Source: an uncultured Gemmatimonadales bacterium (GTDB lineage: Bacteria > Gemmatimonadota > Gemmatimonadetes > Gemmatimonadales > Gemmatimonadaceae). Taken from it: a stretch of 64,000 nt of DNA. The notes under the pieces are model-generated. The model searched no databases and was not told the DNA's origin. It saw only the letters and a program-made list of their open reading frames with translations. Where the stretch lies: assembly GCA_963707505.1 (NCBI GenBank), contig CAVPQB010000006.1:608001-672000 (forward strand), in the 5' to 3' direction. A program made the translations under genes and the position numbers. Of the stretch, positions 9,760 to 19,825 are shown in pieces; positions within the stretch are counted from its first letter, which is position 1, and every line of letters starts with the position of its first letter.

Positions 9760-12261
9760 ATGGGTTTGGCTGACTCGCTGAAGCATGAGATCGGGCGTGC
9801 AATCCGCTCGCTCGCGCGTAGTCCCGGCTTCACGCTGATCGTGGTAATCACGCTCGCGTTGGGGATCGGAGCGACGACGGCGATCTTCACAATGCTGGAT
9901 CGGGTTGTGTTGCACGCGCTGCCGTATGCGCATGCGGACAGGCTCGTGTGGCTGGATTCGCCCACCCCAGGGATCAATCCGAATTCGAGATGGGGGCTTT
10001 CAGCGGCTGGTTTCTTGTACTTCCAGAAGAACGCCCACACCATCGAAAATGCCGCCGCGCTCATGCCAGTGCGGATGACGATCACTGGAAAGCGTGCGGC
10101 GGAGCGTGTTCCGGCTGCACTGGCAAGTGCGAGCATCTTCGACGTTCTTCGCCTCCGTCCGATGCTAGGGCGCGCACTCAGCCAGGCGGATAATCTGCCG
10201 AATGCGCAACCTGTAACAGTGATCAGCTACAACTACTGGAAGACACGCCTAAACAGCGACCCACGCGCCGTTGGCTCGATGATCACTGTGGATGCGATCC
10301 CGATGCAGATAGTCGGAGTGATGGGTCCGGATGCTACGGTCCCCGACGTTACTTCTCCGAACGTTGATCTGTGGCTACCGGCGGAGCTCGATCCCAATGC
10401 GACACCTCAGAATCATCACTATCTCCCCGTAGTCGCACGCCTGGCACCCGGTGCGACGGTGGCTTCGGCGCAAGCGGAGCTCGCGCAGATAACGAAACGC
10501 TTTCCAGTTCTGTTCCCCAGTGCCTACAGCGATGACTTCCTGAAGAGCACGGGCTTTACTACCGCTGCCGTACCGCTTCGAGCGCGTATCATCGGCGACG
10601 TATCGACGCGCCTCTGGATCCTGCTCGGTGCCGTAGTGCTCGTGTTGGTAATCGCATGTGGGAACGTCGCGAATCTATTCCTCGTGCGTGCAGAATCGCG
10701 TCAGCGCGAAGTCGCGATCCGCACAGCTCTGGGAGCGAAGCGGGCCGACCTTGCACGGCACTACTTCACAGAGACGATTCTGCTCGCGTTGATCGGCGGC
10801 GCCGCAGCGTTTGGACTTGCTGCTATCGGATTGCGTGTGATAGTTGCGCTCGCCCCACCCGATCTGCCCCGAATGAGCGAGGTTCATCTTGGATGGCTGA
10901 GCTTGCTGTTCACGATGGGCGTGTCGGTAGCCGCCGGGATCCTGTTCGGAGCGCTGGCGCTGATGGGCGCGGAGTCCGCCGACGATGCGATGATGTTGCG
11001 TGAAGGCGGACGCGGCATGACGTCATCTGCGAGGCAACACTTCACGCGCGGTATGCTCGTTGCCGCGCAAACCGCCCTCGCGCTGGTGCTGCTCGCAGCC
11101 GCCGGCCTCATGTTGCAGAGCTTTCGAAATCTCCGTGGTGTTTCACCCGGATTCGACCCTTCGAACGTACTGACTGCTGAGTTGAGCCTGCCTGCCGCTC
11201 GGTACTCTACCATGGAGCAGGTAGAGGGCTTCTATCACGATCTGCTGACACGCGCCGCCGCGATCCCCGGAGTTCATGTCGCGGGTGCAGGCGAGGTGGT
11301 TCCGCTTGGTCCATCCAATGATGGTACCGCGATCGGCGGATTCAGCGGCTGCTCTGGAATGGCGATCGAAAATCCCGGTGAGGATAGGGGACGGTCGGTC
11401 GGTTGCATCGGTGCCAAGACGATCTCGCCGGGATATTTCGGTGCACTCGGAATCAAGCTGCGTGGCTCGGAGCCAGGCTGGAGCGACGTACAGGCGCACA
11501 CTGCTGGAGTCGTCGTCACCAAGGCGCTGGCTGCACGCCTGTGGCCCGGTCAGGACGCGATCGGCAAGGGGATCAAACTCGGTGGACGTAAGCCGCCGTT
11601 CTATCGCGTCGTAGGAATCAGTGACGACATCCACGGCTCGGCGTTGAGCGATCCACCCGCCGAGGCAGTCTTTTATCCGCTGCTCCCTATTGCAAATACG
11701 TACCTGGAAGGGCCGGTGAGAACGATGACCATCGTGCTTCGGTCCACTGGCGTTCCACCAACTGCACTGGCCGGATCGCTCCGACGCATCGTCCAGGACA
11801 TGGATCCCGATGTTCCACTCGGTAACGTCAGACCGATGGAAGACATAGTGGCGCGGTCGATGATCCGGCTCTCGTTCACGATGACGCTGCTCGCGATCGC
11901 AGCTTCGATGGCGTTGATCCTGAGCGCGATCGGTATCTACGGCGTGATCTCATACATCGTCGGCAGGCGTCGTGGCGAGATCGGAATTCGCATGGCACTC
12001 GGCGCACATGCGTCACGTGTTGGTACGATGGTGGTAAGACAGTCCGTACAGTTTGCCGTGGTTGGAATAATCATCGGGATTCTGGCGACGGTTGCGATCA
12101 CGCGCGTGCTCGGTTCGGTTCTGTACGGCGTGAGTCCGACCGATCCAACGACGTTGATCGTAGTCTCCATCATCATGCTGCTCATTGCAGTGCTCGCGAG
12201 CTACGTGCCAGCGCAGCGTGCAATGAGCGTCGATCCGGTCGAAGCACTTCGAGCGGATTAG
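9760..12261 (+). CDS. Duplicated MacB/FtsX-type ABC permease (ADOP-like)
   Basis: RSPGFTLIVVITLALGIGATTAIF, LVIACGNVANLFL..R.REVAIRTALGA, GIYGVISYIV.RR.GEIGIRMALGA, PAQRAMSVDPVEALRAD. Confidence 0.92.
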   Translation: MGLADSLKHEIGRAIRSLARSPGFTLIVVITLALGIGATTAIFTMLDRVVLHALPYAHADRLVWLDSPTPGINPNSRWGLSAAGFLYFQKNAHTIENAAALMPVRMTITGKRAAERVPAALASASIFDVLRLRPMLGRALSQADNLPNAQPVTVISYNYWKTRLNSDPRAVGSMITVDAIPMQIVGVMGPDATVPDVTSPNVDLWLPAELDPNATPQNHHYLPVVARLAPGATVASAQAELAQITKRFPVLFPSAYSDDFLKSTGFTTAAVPLRARIIGDVSTRLWILLGAVVLVLVIACGNVANLFLVRAESRQREVAIRTALGAKRADLARHYFTETILLALIGGAAAFGLAAIGLRVIVALAPPDLPRMSEVHLGWLSLLFTMGVSVAAGILFGALALMGAESADDAMMLREGGRGMTSSARQHFTRGMLVAAQTALALVLLAAAGLMLQSFRNLRGVSPGFDPSNVLTAELSLPAARYSTMEQVEGFYHDLLTRAAAIPGVHVAGAGEVVPLGPSNDGTAIGGFSGCSGMAIENPGEDRGRSVGCIGAKTISPGYFGALGIKLRGSEPGWSDVQAHTAGVVVTKALAARLWPGQDAIGKGIKLGGRKPPFYRVVGISDDIHGSALSDPPAEAVFYPLLPIANTYLEGPVRTMTIVLRSTGVPPTALAGSLRRIVQDMDPDVPLGNVRPMEDIVARSMIRLSFTMTLLAIAASMALILSAIGIYGVISYIVGRRRGEIGIRMALGAHASRVGTMVVRQSVQFAVVGIIIGILATVAITRVLGSVLYGVSPTDPTTLIVVSIIMLLIAVLASYVPAQRAMSVDPVEALRAD

Positions 12262-12298
12262 TGGCTGTTCAAACAATATGACAGAGCAAAGAATCTAA

Positions 12299-13558
12299 GT
12301 GGACATTCCGCGTGAACGGGCGCCGAACAGGCGGCGCTACATATATGGAGGCCTCGGGCTGCTCGCGATAATCGCGGTGATCGTCGGTGTCGCGAGTCTC
12401 AAGCCTGCTGCACCAGGCGTCGATAGGTCATCCGTCGTTATCGACTCGGTGCGTCGCGGCGACATGGTGATCGATGTGCGCGGTCCTGGCTCGTTGGTGC
12501 CGGAGCAGATTCGCTGGGTGTCGGCGATAACCGCCGGACGCGTGGATCGCATCGACGTGCGGCCAGGCGCAACGGTCACCGACACGACGACGCTGCTCGA
12601 GCTGAGCAATCCCGACGTGCAGCTCGAAGCGTTGAGCGCGCAACAGCAGCTGAATGCCGCCGAGGCTGCGCTCGTCACGCTCAGGATCAGCCTGTCGACG
12701 CAGAAGCTCGCGCAGGAAGGAGTCGTCGCAACGACGACGTCCGATTACAACGACGCGATGCGAAACGCAACCGCGTTCGATGAGCTGGAGAAGAAAGGAT
12801 TTCTTGCGAAGGGTCTTCTTGCCCCGATGGATGTCAGCAAGGCACGGGACAAGGCCGTCGAGCTCAAGGCGAGGATGGCAATCGAGCAGCAGCGGCTCGA
12901 GGTGATGTCACAATCAATTGCGCAGCAGATGGAGCTTCAGAAATCGCAGGTCGACAAGCTGCGCGACATCGCGCAGTTCCAGCAGAGTCGCATAGCGTCG
13001 ATGCAGGTTCGCGCCGGTGCCGCGGGCCAGGTGACTGAATTGTCACTCGAGCCCGGTCAGTACGTGCTCCCCGGAACCAATCTCGCGAAAGTCGCGCAGC
13101 CCGGCCGGTTGAAGGCGGTGCTCCACATCCCCGAGACGCAGGCGAAGGACATCCAGATCGGGCAGGTCGCTTCGATCGATACGCGTAACGGAATAATTCC
13201 CGGTCATGTCATACGCATCGATCCGGGTGCGGTGAATGGAACTGTCGAGGTGGACGTCGGGCTCGATGGCGCGCTGCCCAAGGGCGCCCGGCCCGATCTC
13301 AGCGTCGATGGCACGATCGAACTGGATCGTTTGCGCAATGTTCTCTATGTAGGACGTCCGGCGTACGGTGAGCCGGAGAGCACGGTGGGAATCTTCAAGC
13401 TGACTAACGGCGGCAAGGAAGCGCAGCGCGTGAACGTGAAGTTGGGACGCGCATCGGTCAACATGGTCGAGATCGTTCAGGGCCTGAATGCAGGAGACAG
13501 GATCATCACATCCGACATGTCCGGCTCGGATACACAGAGTCGGGTGAGGTTGCAATGA
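12299..13558 (+). CDS. Periplasmic adaptor (MacA/HlyD-like membrane fusion protein)
   Basis: GTG start, N-terminal TM, lipoyl half-motifs flanking a coiled coil, C-terminal VKLGRASVNMVEIVQGLNAGDRII. Confidence 0.9.
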   Translation: MDIPRERAPNRRRYIYGGLGLLAIIAVIVGVASLKPAAPGVDRSSVVIDSVRRGDMVIDVRGPGSLVPEQIRWVSAITAGRVDRIDVRPGATVTDTTTLLELSNPDVQLEALSAQQQLNAAEAALVTLRISLSTQKLAQEGVVATTTSDYNDAMRNATAFDELEKKGFLAKGLLAPMDVSKARDKAVELKARMAIEQQRLEVMSQSIAQQMELQKSQVDKLRDIAQFQQSRIASMQVRAGAAGQVTELSLEPGQYVLPGTNLAKVAQPGRLKAVLHIPETQAKDIQIGQVASIDTRNGIIPGHVIRIDPGAVNGTVEVDVGLDGALPKGARPDLSVDGTIELDRLRNVLYVGRPAYGEPESTVGIFKLTNGGKEAQRVNVKLGRASVNMVEIVQGLNAGDRIITSDMSGSDTQSRVRLQ

Positions 13559-15987
13559 CATCACATCCGGTAAACAGCGGTCACGATGGTTTGCTCGAAT
13601 CATTCGTGCGGGACCTGCGCTACGCCGCCCGCAGGTTGCGCAACAATTGGGGATTCACGTTACTCGCGGTGCTCACGCTCGCACTCGGCATCGGTGCCAC
13701 GACCGCAGTGTTCAGCGTCGTCAACGGCGTGCTGCTGAGACCGTTGCCATATCCCGAATCCGATCGGATAGTGACGCTTGCAGAGCGTACGAAGTCCGGT
13801 GGCCACATGCGCGTCGCTAATCCCAACTTTGCTGATCTAAGAGACCAGAGTCGAAGCTTCAACGGGTTCGCATTTTTCCGAAATGGTTCGGCGACGGTGG
13901 TTGGGGGAAGCGAGCCCGTGCTCGCCGATGTCGCGAATGTATCGACGGACTTCTTCCCTGTAATGCGTGTGCGGCCAGTGATGGGCCGTCCCTTCACGCG
14001 TGAGGAAACATCACCCGGCGGGCCGGCGACGGCGCTGGTGAGCTTCGATTACTGGCGCGACCATCTTGGCAGTGCGGCCAACCTCGGTGACCACACTCTC
14101 AAAATCGACGGTACGAGCTATCAGGTTGTCGGCGTGCTGCCTGGCGGCTTTCACTTCCCCGATGCAACCGATGTGTGGGTTCCTGAGGCGCTGGACGTGG
14201 GGCCGACAAGAACCGCTCACAATCTTCAGCTTGTCGCCCGACTTAAGGATGGTGTGACGGTCGCGCAGGCGCAGACCGACGTGAATCTCATCTACAAGCG
14301 CCTCAAGGACGCCTACGGCACCGGGATGGACGCGTATGGCTTCGATCTGACGACGTTGCACGATGATCTGGTTGGATCCGTGCGGAACCCGTTGCTGCTG
14401 CTGCTCGGCGCGGCTGCGCTCGTGCTGCTCGTCGCATGCACGAACGTCGCGAGCACGCTGCTGGCCGCCGGTGCCGCGCGACGCGGTGAGATAGCAATCC
14501 GCTCCGCGCTCGGTGCGAAGCGTGCGCGGATGTTGCGACAGCTCACCACCGAAGGATTGTTGCTGGCGATGCTCGGGGCCGCAGCTGGCCTCGCACTGGC
14601 GGCACTCGTGCTGAAGATGATGCAGCTGCTCGCACCGCCTGGTGCTCTACCGCAAACCGGTGATTTCACTCTGGACGGACGAGTAGTGGCGTTCGCGCTT
14701 GTGGTTGGAATCTTTTCCGCGGTCGTATCCAGTCTGTTTCCCGCATTTCGCACATCGCGCGCCAGTATCACGCATGATCTCGCCACACGTGGCGACGTCG
14801 GCGGTCACGGCAGAATCTGGGGCCTGCTCGTCGCGACAGAGGTGGCGATGGCGCTGCTGCTACTCGTCGGTTGCGGGTTGCTCGTGCGCAGCTTCGCCAA
14901 GGTGGCGAGCATCGATCCCGGCTTTCACTCCGACCACGTTCTGACGGCGGATATCGCGCTACCGGAAGCGAACTATCCGGATACGAACTCGGTCGCAACG
15001 TTCTACAGTCAGATCCTGCCGCAGCTGGCCCGGCTACCCGGCGTACAGCAGGCAGGCATGACGCACCACATTCCGCTCACCGGCGCGGCCGAGAACGGCG
15101 GCTTCGAGATAGAAGGCGTCGGCAAGCTCAAGGACTACACCGATTACGGCATAGCAACGAGCGGATATTTTCAGGCACTCAAGATTCCACTCAAGAGCGG
15201 CCGGCTGTTCGATGATCGAGACCGCGCTGGAACGGGCGATGTAGCGGTCGTGAATCAGACGTTCGCGAAGGAATTCTTCCCGGGTGTGAATCCAGTCGGA
15301 AAGCGAGTTCGCAATCTCGCCAACGACGATTGGATTTACGGCGCGAATCGTTGGGTCACCATCATCGGAGTCGTCGGCGACATCCACGAAGCGAGCCTTA
15401 CCGCGCCGCCGACGCCGGCCATCTTTGTGAATCCGCTCCAGCGTCCGTTCAAGGCGCGGTATGCGTCGCTCGTATTGCGAAGCACAGTCCCGCCGGAATC
15501 GCTCGTGCCGGCCATGCACGCAATCCTCAAGCAACGTGGTGTCCCTGCGATGTTCCTGACCATGGACGCGCGCATGTCGGACTCTGTTGCCGGCCGCAAG
15601 TTCAGCACGTCGGTGCTCAGCTTCTTTGCTGTCGTCGCACTGGTGCTCGCGGCGATCGGTATATACGGCGTGGTGTCGTACCAGGTTGTTCAGCGTACCC
15701 GTGAGATGGGTATCCGCATGGCACTCGGCGCACAGCCAGCGCAGGTGCGAGGGCTGATAGTCCGTAACTCGATGCGCGTCGTGGGGCTTGGCCTCGTCGT
15801 AGGTGTGCTCGCAACACCGCTGCTGACCCACGCGCTGCAGACCCTGTTGTTCGGAATCAGTACGACCGATCCCGACACGTTCGTGATTGTGTTGCTGATC
15901 TTCTCCGCAGTTGCGATGCTGGCGAGTCTCATACCGGCTCACCGCGCTACGCGTATAGATCCGGTATTGGCACTGAGAAGCGAATGA
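13555..15987 (+). CDS. Second duplicated MacB/FtsX-type ABC permease (ADOP-like)
   Basis: DLRYAARRLRNNWGFTLLAVLTLALGIGATTAVFS...REMGIRMALGA...RATRIDPVLALRSE; ATGA overlap with the adaptor gene. Confidence 0.92.
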   Translation: MTSHPVNSGHDGLLESFVRDLRYAARRLRNNWGFTLLAVLTLALGIGATTAVFSVVNGVLLRPLPYPESDRIVTLAERTKSGGHMRVANPNFADLRDQSRSFNGFAFFRNGSATVVGGSEPVLADVANVSTDFFPVMRVRPVMGRPFTREETSPGGPATALVSFDYWRDHLGSAANLGDHTLKIDGTSYQVVGVLPGGFHFPDATDVWVPEALDVGPTRTAHNLQLVARLKDGVTVAQAQTDVNLIYKRLKDAYGTGMDAYGFDLTTLHDDLVGSVRNPLLLLLGAAALVLLVACTNVASTLLAAGAARRGEIAIRSALGAKRARMLRQLTTEGLLLAMLGAAAGLALAALVLKMMQLLAPPGALPQTGDFTLDGRVVAFALVVGIFSAVVSSLFPAFRTSRASITHDLATRGDVGGHGRIWGLLVATEVAMALLLLVGCGLLVRSFAKVASIDPGFHSDHVLTADIALPEANYPDTNSVATFYSQILPQLARLPGVQQAGMTHHIPLTGAAENGGFEIEGVGKLKDYTDYGIATSGYFQALKIPLKSGRLFDDRDRAGTGDVAVVNQTFAKEFFPGVNPVGKRVRNLANDDWIYGANRWVTIIGVVGDIHEASLTAPPTPAIFVNPLQRPFKARYASLVLRSTVPPESLVPAMHAILKQRGVPAMFLTMDARMSDSVAGRKFSTSVLSFFAVVALVLAAIGIYGVVSYQVVQRTREMGIRMALGAQPAQVRGLIVRNSMRVVGLGLVVGVLATPLLTHALQTLLFGISTTDPDTFVIVLLIFSAVAMLASLIPAHRATRIDPVLALRSE

Positions 15988-16814
15988 GTCAAAACTACCC
16001 ACGACCCGAGAGCACCATGACAGACAAGGCCACCGCAGATTCGACGTCATCTTCCGCGACTACGAACGCACAATCGACGCAGTCGCTTATCAAGCTCGAC
16101 GGTGTCACGAAGGTCTACTACACCGACGAGCTCGAGACGCACGCGCTCTCCGGTATTCAGCTGGATATTCTGGAAGGCGAATATGTGGCAATCGCCGGTC
16201 CATCCGGCGGTGGCAAAACGACGCTCCTATCGATACTCGGATTGCTCGACTCGCCTACCAATGGCGTGTACCTGCTCGGTGGCCAGCCCGTGGAATCCCT
16301 GAGCCGATCCCAGCGCGCGGACGTTCGCAATCAGAGAATCGGTTTCATCTTCCAGGCGTTCAACCTGATCGGTGACCTCACCGTTTACGAGAACGTGGAG
16401 CTGCCACTCACGTATCGCGGAATGCCGTCCGACGAGCGCAGGCAGAGAGTGAATGCGGCGCTCGAACGAGTCGGGATGTCGCATCGCACCAATCACTATC
16501 CGGCGCAGCTGTCAGGTGGTCAGCAACAACGTGTCGCGGTTGCGCGCGCTGTGTCGGGAGATCCACTCATTCTTCTCGCCGATGAGCCGACGGGAAATCT
16601 CGACTCGGCGAACGGCGAAGCAATCATGGACCTGCTCGGCGAACTGCACGCCAACGGCGCCACGATCTGCATGGTGACGCACGATCCGCGCTTCGCACGA
16701 CATGCAGATCGCTCGGTGCATCTGTTCGACGGACGAATCGTGGAAGAGGAGCGCGGTGAGCGTGCGGCTACGGACCAGCGCGAGCTGCGTGAGAGTGGGT
16801 TCGGCGTTGCGTAA
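15984..16814 (+). CDS. ABC transporter ATP-binding protein (MacB/LolD-like)
   Basis: Walker A GPSGGGKT, signature LSGGQQQRV, Walker B ILLADEPTGNLD, VTHD; alternative start 16017. Confidence 0.95.
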   Translation: MSQNYPRPESTMTDKATADSTSSSATTNAQSTQSLIKLDGVTKVYYTDELETHALSGIQLDILEGEYVAIAGPSGGGKTTLLSILGLLDSPTNGVYLLGGQPVESLSRSQRADVRNQRIGFIFQAFNLIGDLTVYENVELPLTYRGMPSDERRQRVNAALERVGMSHRTNHYPAQLSGGQQQRVAVARAVSGDPLILLADEPTGNLDSANGEAIMDLLGELHANGATICMVTHDPRFARHADRSVHLFDGRIVEEERGERAATDQRELRESGFGVA

Positions 16815-16853
16815 TGAGCGCGTTGTTACAGGACATCGGGCTCCCCCTCCGCA

Positions 16854-18386
16854 ATGAATAGCTCCAACTCTCACCTACGCATCGTAATCGCACTTGGCGC
16901 GACGCTCCTTTACGGCGTCGTCATGCCATGCGCCGCTCACGCACAGATCCCCACCACGGGTCGCACCCAGCTCCCCGATGCGTCACCAACAACGTTGACG
17001 ATGGATCAGGCAGTTACTCTGGCCCACAAGAGCAATCCGGATTTCCTCACGACGCGCAACAACCGGCGCAATGCATCGGCGGAATTACGGACCGCGTATG
17101 GAGCGCTGCTTCCTCGATTCAGCGCATCGCTCTCGGGTCAGTACCAGCAGGGCGGACAGCAGTTCTTCAACGGCGTATCGCTGAGCTCCAGCAGCGACGT
17201 CATGCAATCACAGTACGACATCGGCCTCAACTACAGCATCAACGCGGCGACGTTCATCACGCCCCGGGTTCAGCGTGCGAACAGTGCCGCGGTGAATGCC
17301 GATATCGTCGGCGCATCTGAGAGCCTTACCGCGACTGTCAAGCAGGATTACCTGACCGCGCTTCAGAGCCTGGCTCAGGCGGAGCTGCAGGACTCACTCG
17401 TCGCAAATGCCAGGGCGCAACTGGAGCTGGCGCAGGCGCGATCGCAGGTCGGCACTGGCACACTGCTCGACGTGCGGCGGGCGGAAGTGGCGCTCAGCCA
17501 GCAGCAGGTAGCGCTGCTCAACGCACGCAATCAGAACGAGATCGACAAGCTGCGACTTTTCCAGCAGATGGGAGTGCCACAGCCGCAGAACGTTCAACTC
17601 GTCAGCAATCTGAAAGTGGGTGATCCATTGCCGCCACTGGATACCATCCTCGCGCTTGCGCACCGCCAGAATCCGGGCGTCGTCGCATTGAGAGCGCGCG
17701 AGCATGTTGCAGACCTGACCGTGGATCGCGAACGAACCGAATACACTCCCACACTCACGCTCAGTACCGGTATTGGCGGATACACGTATCAGTATCGTGA
17801 TCCAAACTTTCTCGTGAATCAGGCACAGGCGAGCACGGCCAACGCAAGGTCGAGCTGTATCGCAACCCAGGAGGTACGGCAGGCCGTCGGGCTTCCAAAC
17901 ACACTGGCTCAGTGCAGCACGATCCAGTTCACCGATGCCCAGGCCGCGCAGCTGCGAGCGCAGAATTCGCAGTTCCCCTTCTCGTTCACACCCGCACCGC
18001 GCAGCGTAACGGCGCAGATCTCGCTTCCCATCTTCGACGGCTTTGCCCGGGAACAGCGCCTGCAGGAGTCGGAGGTCGCGCGTGAGAACGCCCGCTACAA
18101 GGTCAAGTCGAGCGAGCTGGCGCTCAATGCCGACATCACAGCCGCGTATCTGTCGCTCCAGACTGCGCAGCAGACCGTCGCTCTTCAGGAGGCAAACGCC
18201 GCCAAGGCACGCCAGGAGCTGGACTTCGTGCAGAACGAATACGCGGTCGGTCTCTCCACCTTCATCGATCTGTCGACGTCGCGAACGGCGTATGCTCAAG
18301 CGCAGACCGATCGCATCAACGCGATCTACAGCTATCACAAGGCATTCGCGGTGCTGGAAAGCGCGGTGGGACGGCCGTTGCGATGA
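16854..18386 (+). CDS. TolC-family outer membrane efflux protein
   Basis: Signal peptide, two OEP repeats (ALLPRFSAS; YTPTLTLS...ISLPIFDGF; YAVGLSTFIDL), ends ESAVGRPLR. Confidence 0.9.
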   Translation: MNSSNSHLRIVIALGATLLYGVVMPCAAHAQIPTTGRTQLPDASPTTLTMDQAVTLAHKSNPDFLTTRNNRRNASAELRTAYGALLPRFSASLSGQYQQGGQQFFNGVSLSSSSDVMQSQYDIGLNYSINAATFITPRVQRANSAAVNADIVGASESLTATVKQDYLTALQSLAQAELQDSLVANARAQLELAQARSQVGTGTLLDVRRAEVALSQQQVALLNARNQNEIDKLRLFQQMGVPQPQNVQLVSNLKVGDPLPPLDTILALAHRQNPGVVALRAREHVADLTVDRERTEYTPTLTLSTGIGGYTYQYRDPNFLVNQAQASTANARSSCIATQEVRQAVGLPNTLAQCSTIQFTDAQAAQLRAQNSQFPFSFTPAPRSVTAQISLPIFDGFAREQRLQESEVARENARYKVKSSELALNADITAAYLSLQTAQQTVALQEANAAKARQELDFVQNEYAVGLSTFIDLSTSRTAYAQAQTDRINAIYSYHKAFAVLESAVGRPLR

Positions 18387-18402
18387 CTGCGCAAAAGTCC
18401 GC

Positions 18403-18438
18403 TGCGTAAATTTACGCAACAGGCATATACGGTATATT
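18403..18438 (+). promoter_or_regulatory. Perfect 16-bp palindrome overlapping a possible internal sigma70 promoter of the two-component genes
   Basis: TGCGTAAATTTACGCA (18403-18418); TTTACG, 16 bp, TATATT (18433-18438). Confidence 0.45.
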
Positions 18439-18472
18439 GCGAGAGCGAACTGTCGCCACCGCCGAATCCCCG

Positions 18473-19825
18473 ATGCCAACGATCCTCGTAGCCGACGACC
18501 AGCCGGACATCATCGAGGCCCTGCGCCTTCTGCTCAAGGGCGCCGGCTACAGCATCGAGACCGCGCGCTCCGTCGCTGGCATAATCGCGGCCGTGGAGAC
18601 CAAACCGCTCGACGTGGTTCTCATGGACCTGAACTACACGCGCGATACGACATCCGGGCGCGAAGGCCTGAGCGTCCTCGCCCACATAAAAGAGCTCGAT
18701 GACTCGCTCCCCATCATCGTCATGACTGCGTGGGGGAGTGTCAACGGCGCTGTGGACGCGATCCGCCATGGTGCATCGGATTACATCGAAAAGCCATGGG
18801 ACAACACCCGCCTCCTCACCACCATCAACACCCAGCTCGAGCTCAGCCGGGCCGTGCGTGCCGGCCGCCAACTCGAGCGTGAGAACCGCGCGCTCAAGCG
18901 GACCGGCATGCCTGAATTGATCGCCATGTCACCGCGCATGCGGCCGATCCTCGATCTCATGGAGCGCGTTGCTCCGTCGGACGCGAACGTGCTGATCACG
19001 GGCGAGCACGGGACCGGCAAGGAAGTGGTCGCACGTTGGCTGCACGCCGCATCACCACGCACACGCTCTGCGTTCGTCGCTGTCAACTTGGGAGGCCTGT
19101 CCGACGGAGTCTTCGAGAGCGAGCTGTTCGGTCACGTCAAGGGATCGTTCACTGACGCGAGGGCTGATCGCGCTGGGCGCTTCGAGCTTGCCGACGGCGG
19201 GACGTTGTTCCTCGATGAGGTGGCGAACGTCCCGCTTAATCTCCAGTCGAAGTTGTTGCGCGTGTTACAGACACGCGAAGTAGAGCGCGTGGGATCGTCG
19301 CGCCCGAAAGTCGTCAACGTGCGTGTGTTGTCTGCAACCAACGTCGATCCGCACAAGGAAGTATCGGCGGGCCGCTTTCGTGAAGACCTGCTGTTTCGTC
19401 TCAATACCATCGAGCTCAAGCTGCCTCCGCTGCGCGAGCGACGTGAAGACATCCCAGCGCTTGCCTCGCACTTTCTGAAACGGCAGTCCGTGCGTTACAG
19501 CAAACAGCTAGCCGGCTTCGACCAGGCGGCGATGCAGGCGCTCATGGATCATCTCTGGCCCGGCAACATCCGGGAATTGGAACATACCATCGAGCGTGCA
19601 GTGCTTCTCGCTACTGGCGAATTTGTGCGCACGTCCGATCTTGCGTTGAACGAGCGCGGTTCGGGCAACGCACAACGACTCGAAGAGCTGACCCTGAGCG
19701 AAGCGGAGCGCACACTCATAGAGAAGGCGCTCGCTCGCTTCGATGGGAATGTGAGCCACGCGGCGAAAGCGCTGGGCATCAGTCGCAGTGCGCTCTACCG
19801 GCGCATGTCGGCGCATGGCCTCTGA
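18473..19825 (+). CDS. Sigma54-dependent NtrC-family response regulator (REC-AAA+-Fis HTH)
   Basis: Start at MPTILVADD; LMDLNY phospho-Asp; GEHGTGKE; ESELFGHVKGSFTDA; FLDEV; FREDLLFRLN; WPGNIRELE; HTH AAKALGISRSALYRRM. Confidence 0.93.
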   Translation: MPTILVADDQPDIIEALRLLLKGAGYSIETARSVAGIIAAVETKPLDVVLMDLNYTRDTTSGREGLSVLAHIKELDDSLPIIVMTAWGSVNGAVDAIRHGASDYIEKPWDNTRLLTTINTQLELSRAVRAGRQLERENRALKRTGMPELIAMSPRMRPILDLMERVAPSDANVLITGEHGTGKEVVARWLHAASPRTRSAFVAVNLGGLSDGVFESELFGHVKGSFTDARADRAGRFELADGGTLFLDEVANVPLNLQSKLLRVLQTREVERVGSSRPKVVNVRVLSATNVDPHKEVSAGRFREDLLFRLNTIELKLPPLRERREDIPALASHFLKRQSVRYSKQLAGFDQAAMQALMDHLWPGNIRELEHTIERAVLLATGEFVRTSDLALNERGSGNAQRLEELTLSEAERTLIEKALARFDGNVSHAAKALGISRSALYRRMSAHGL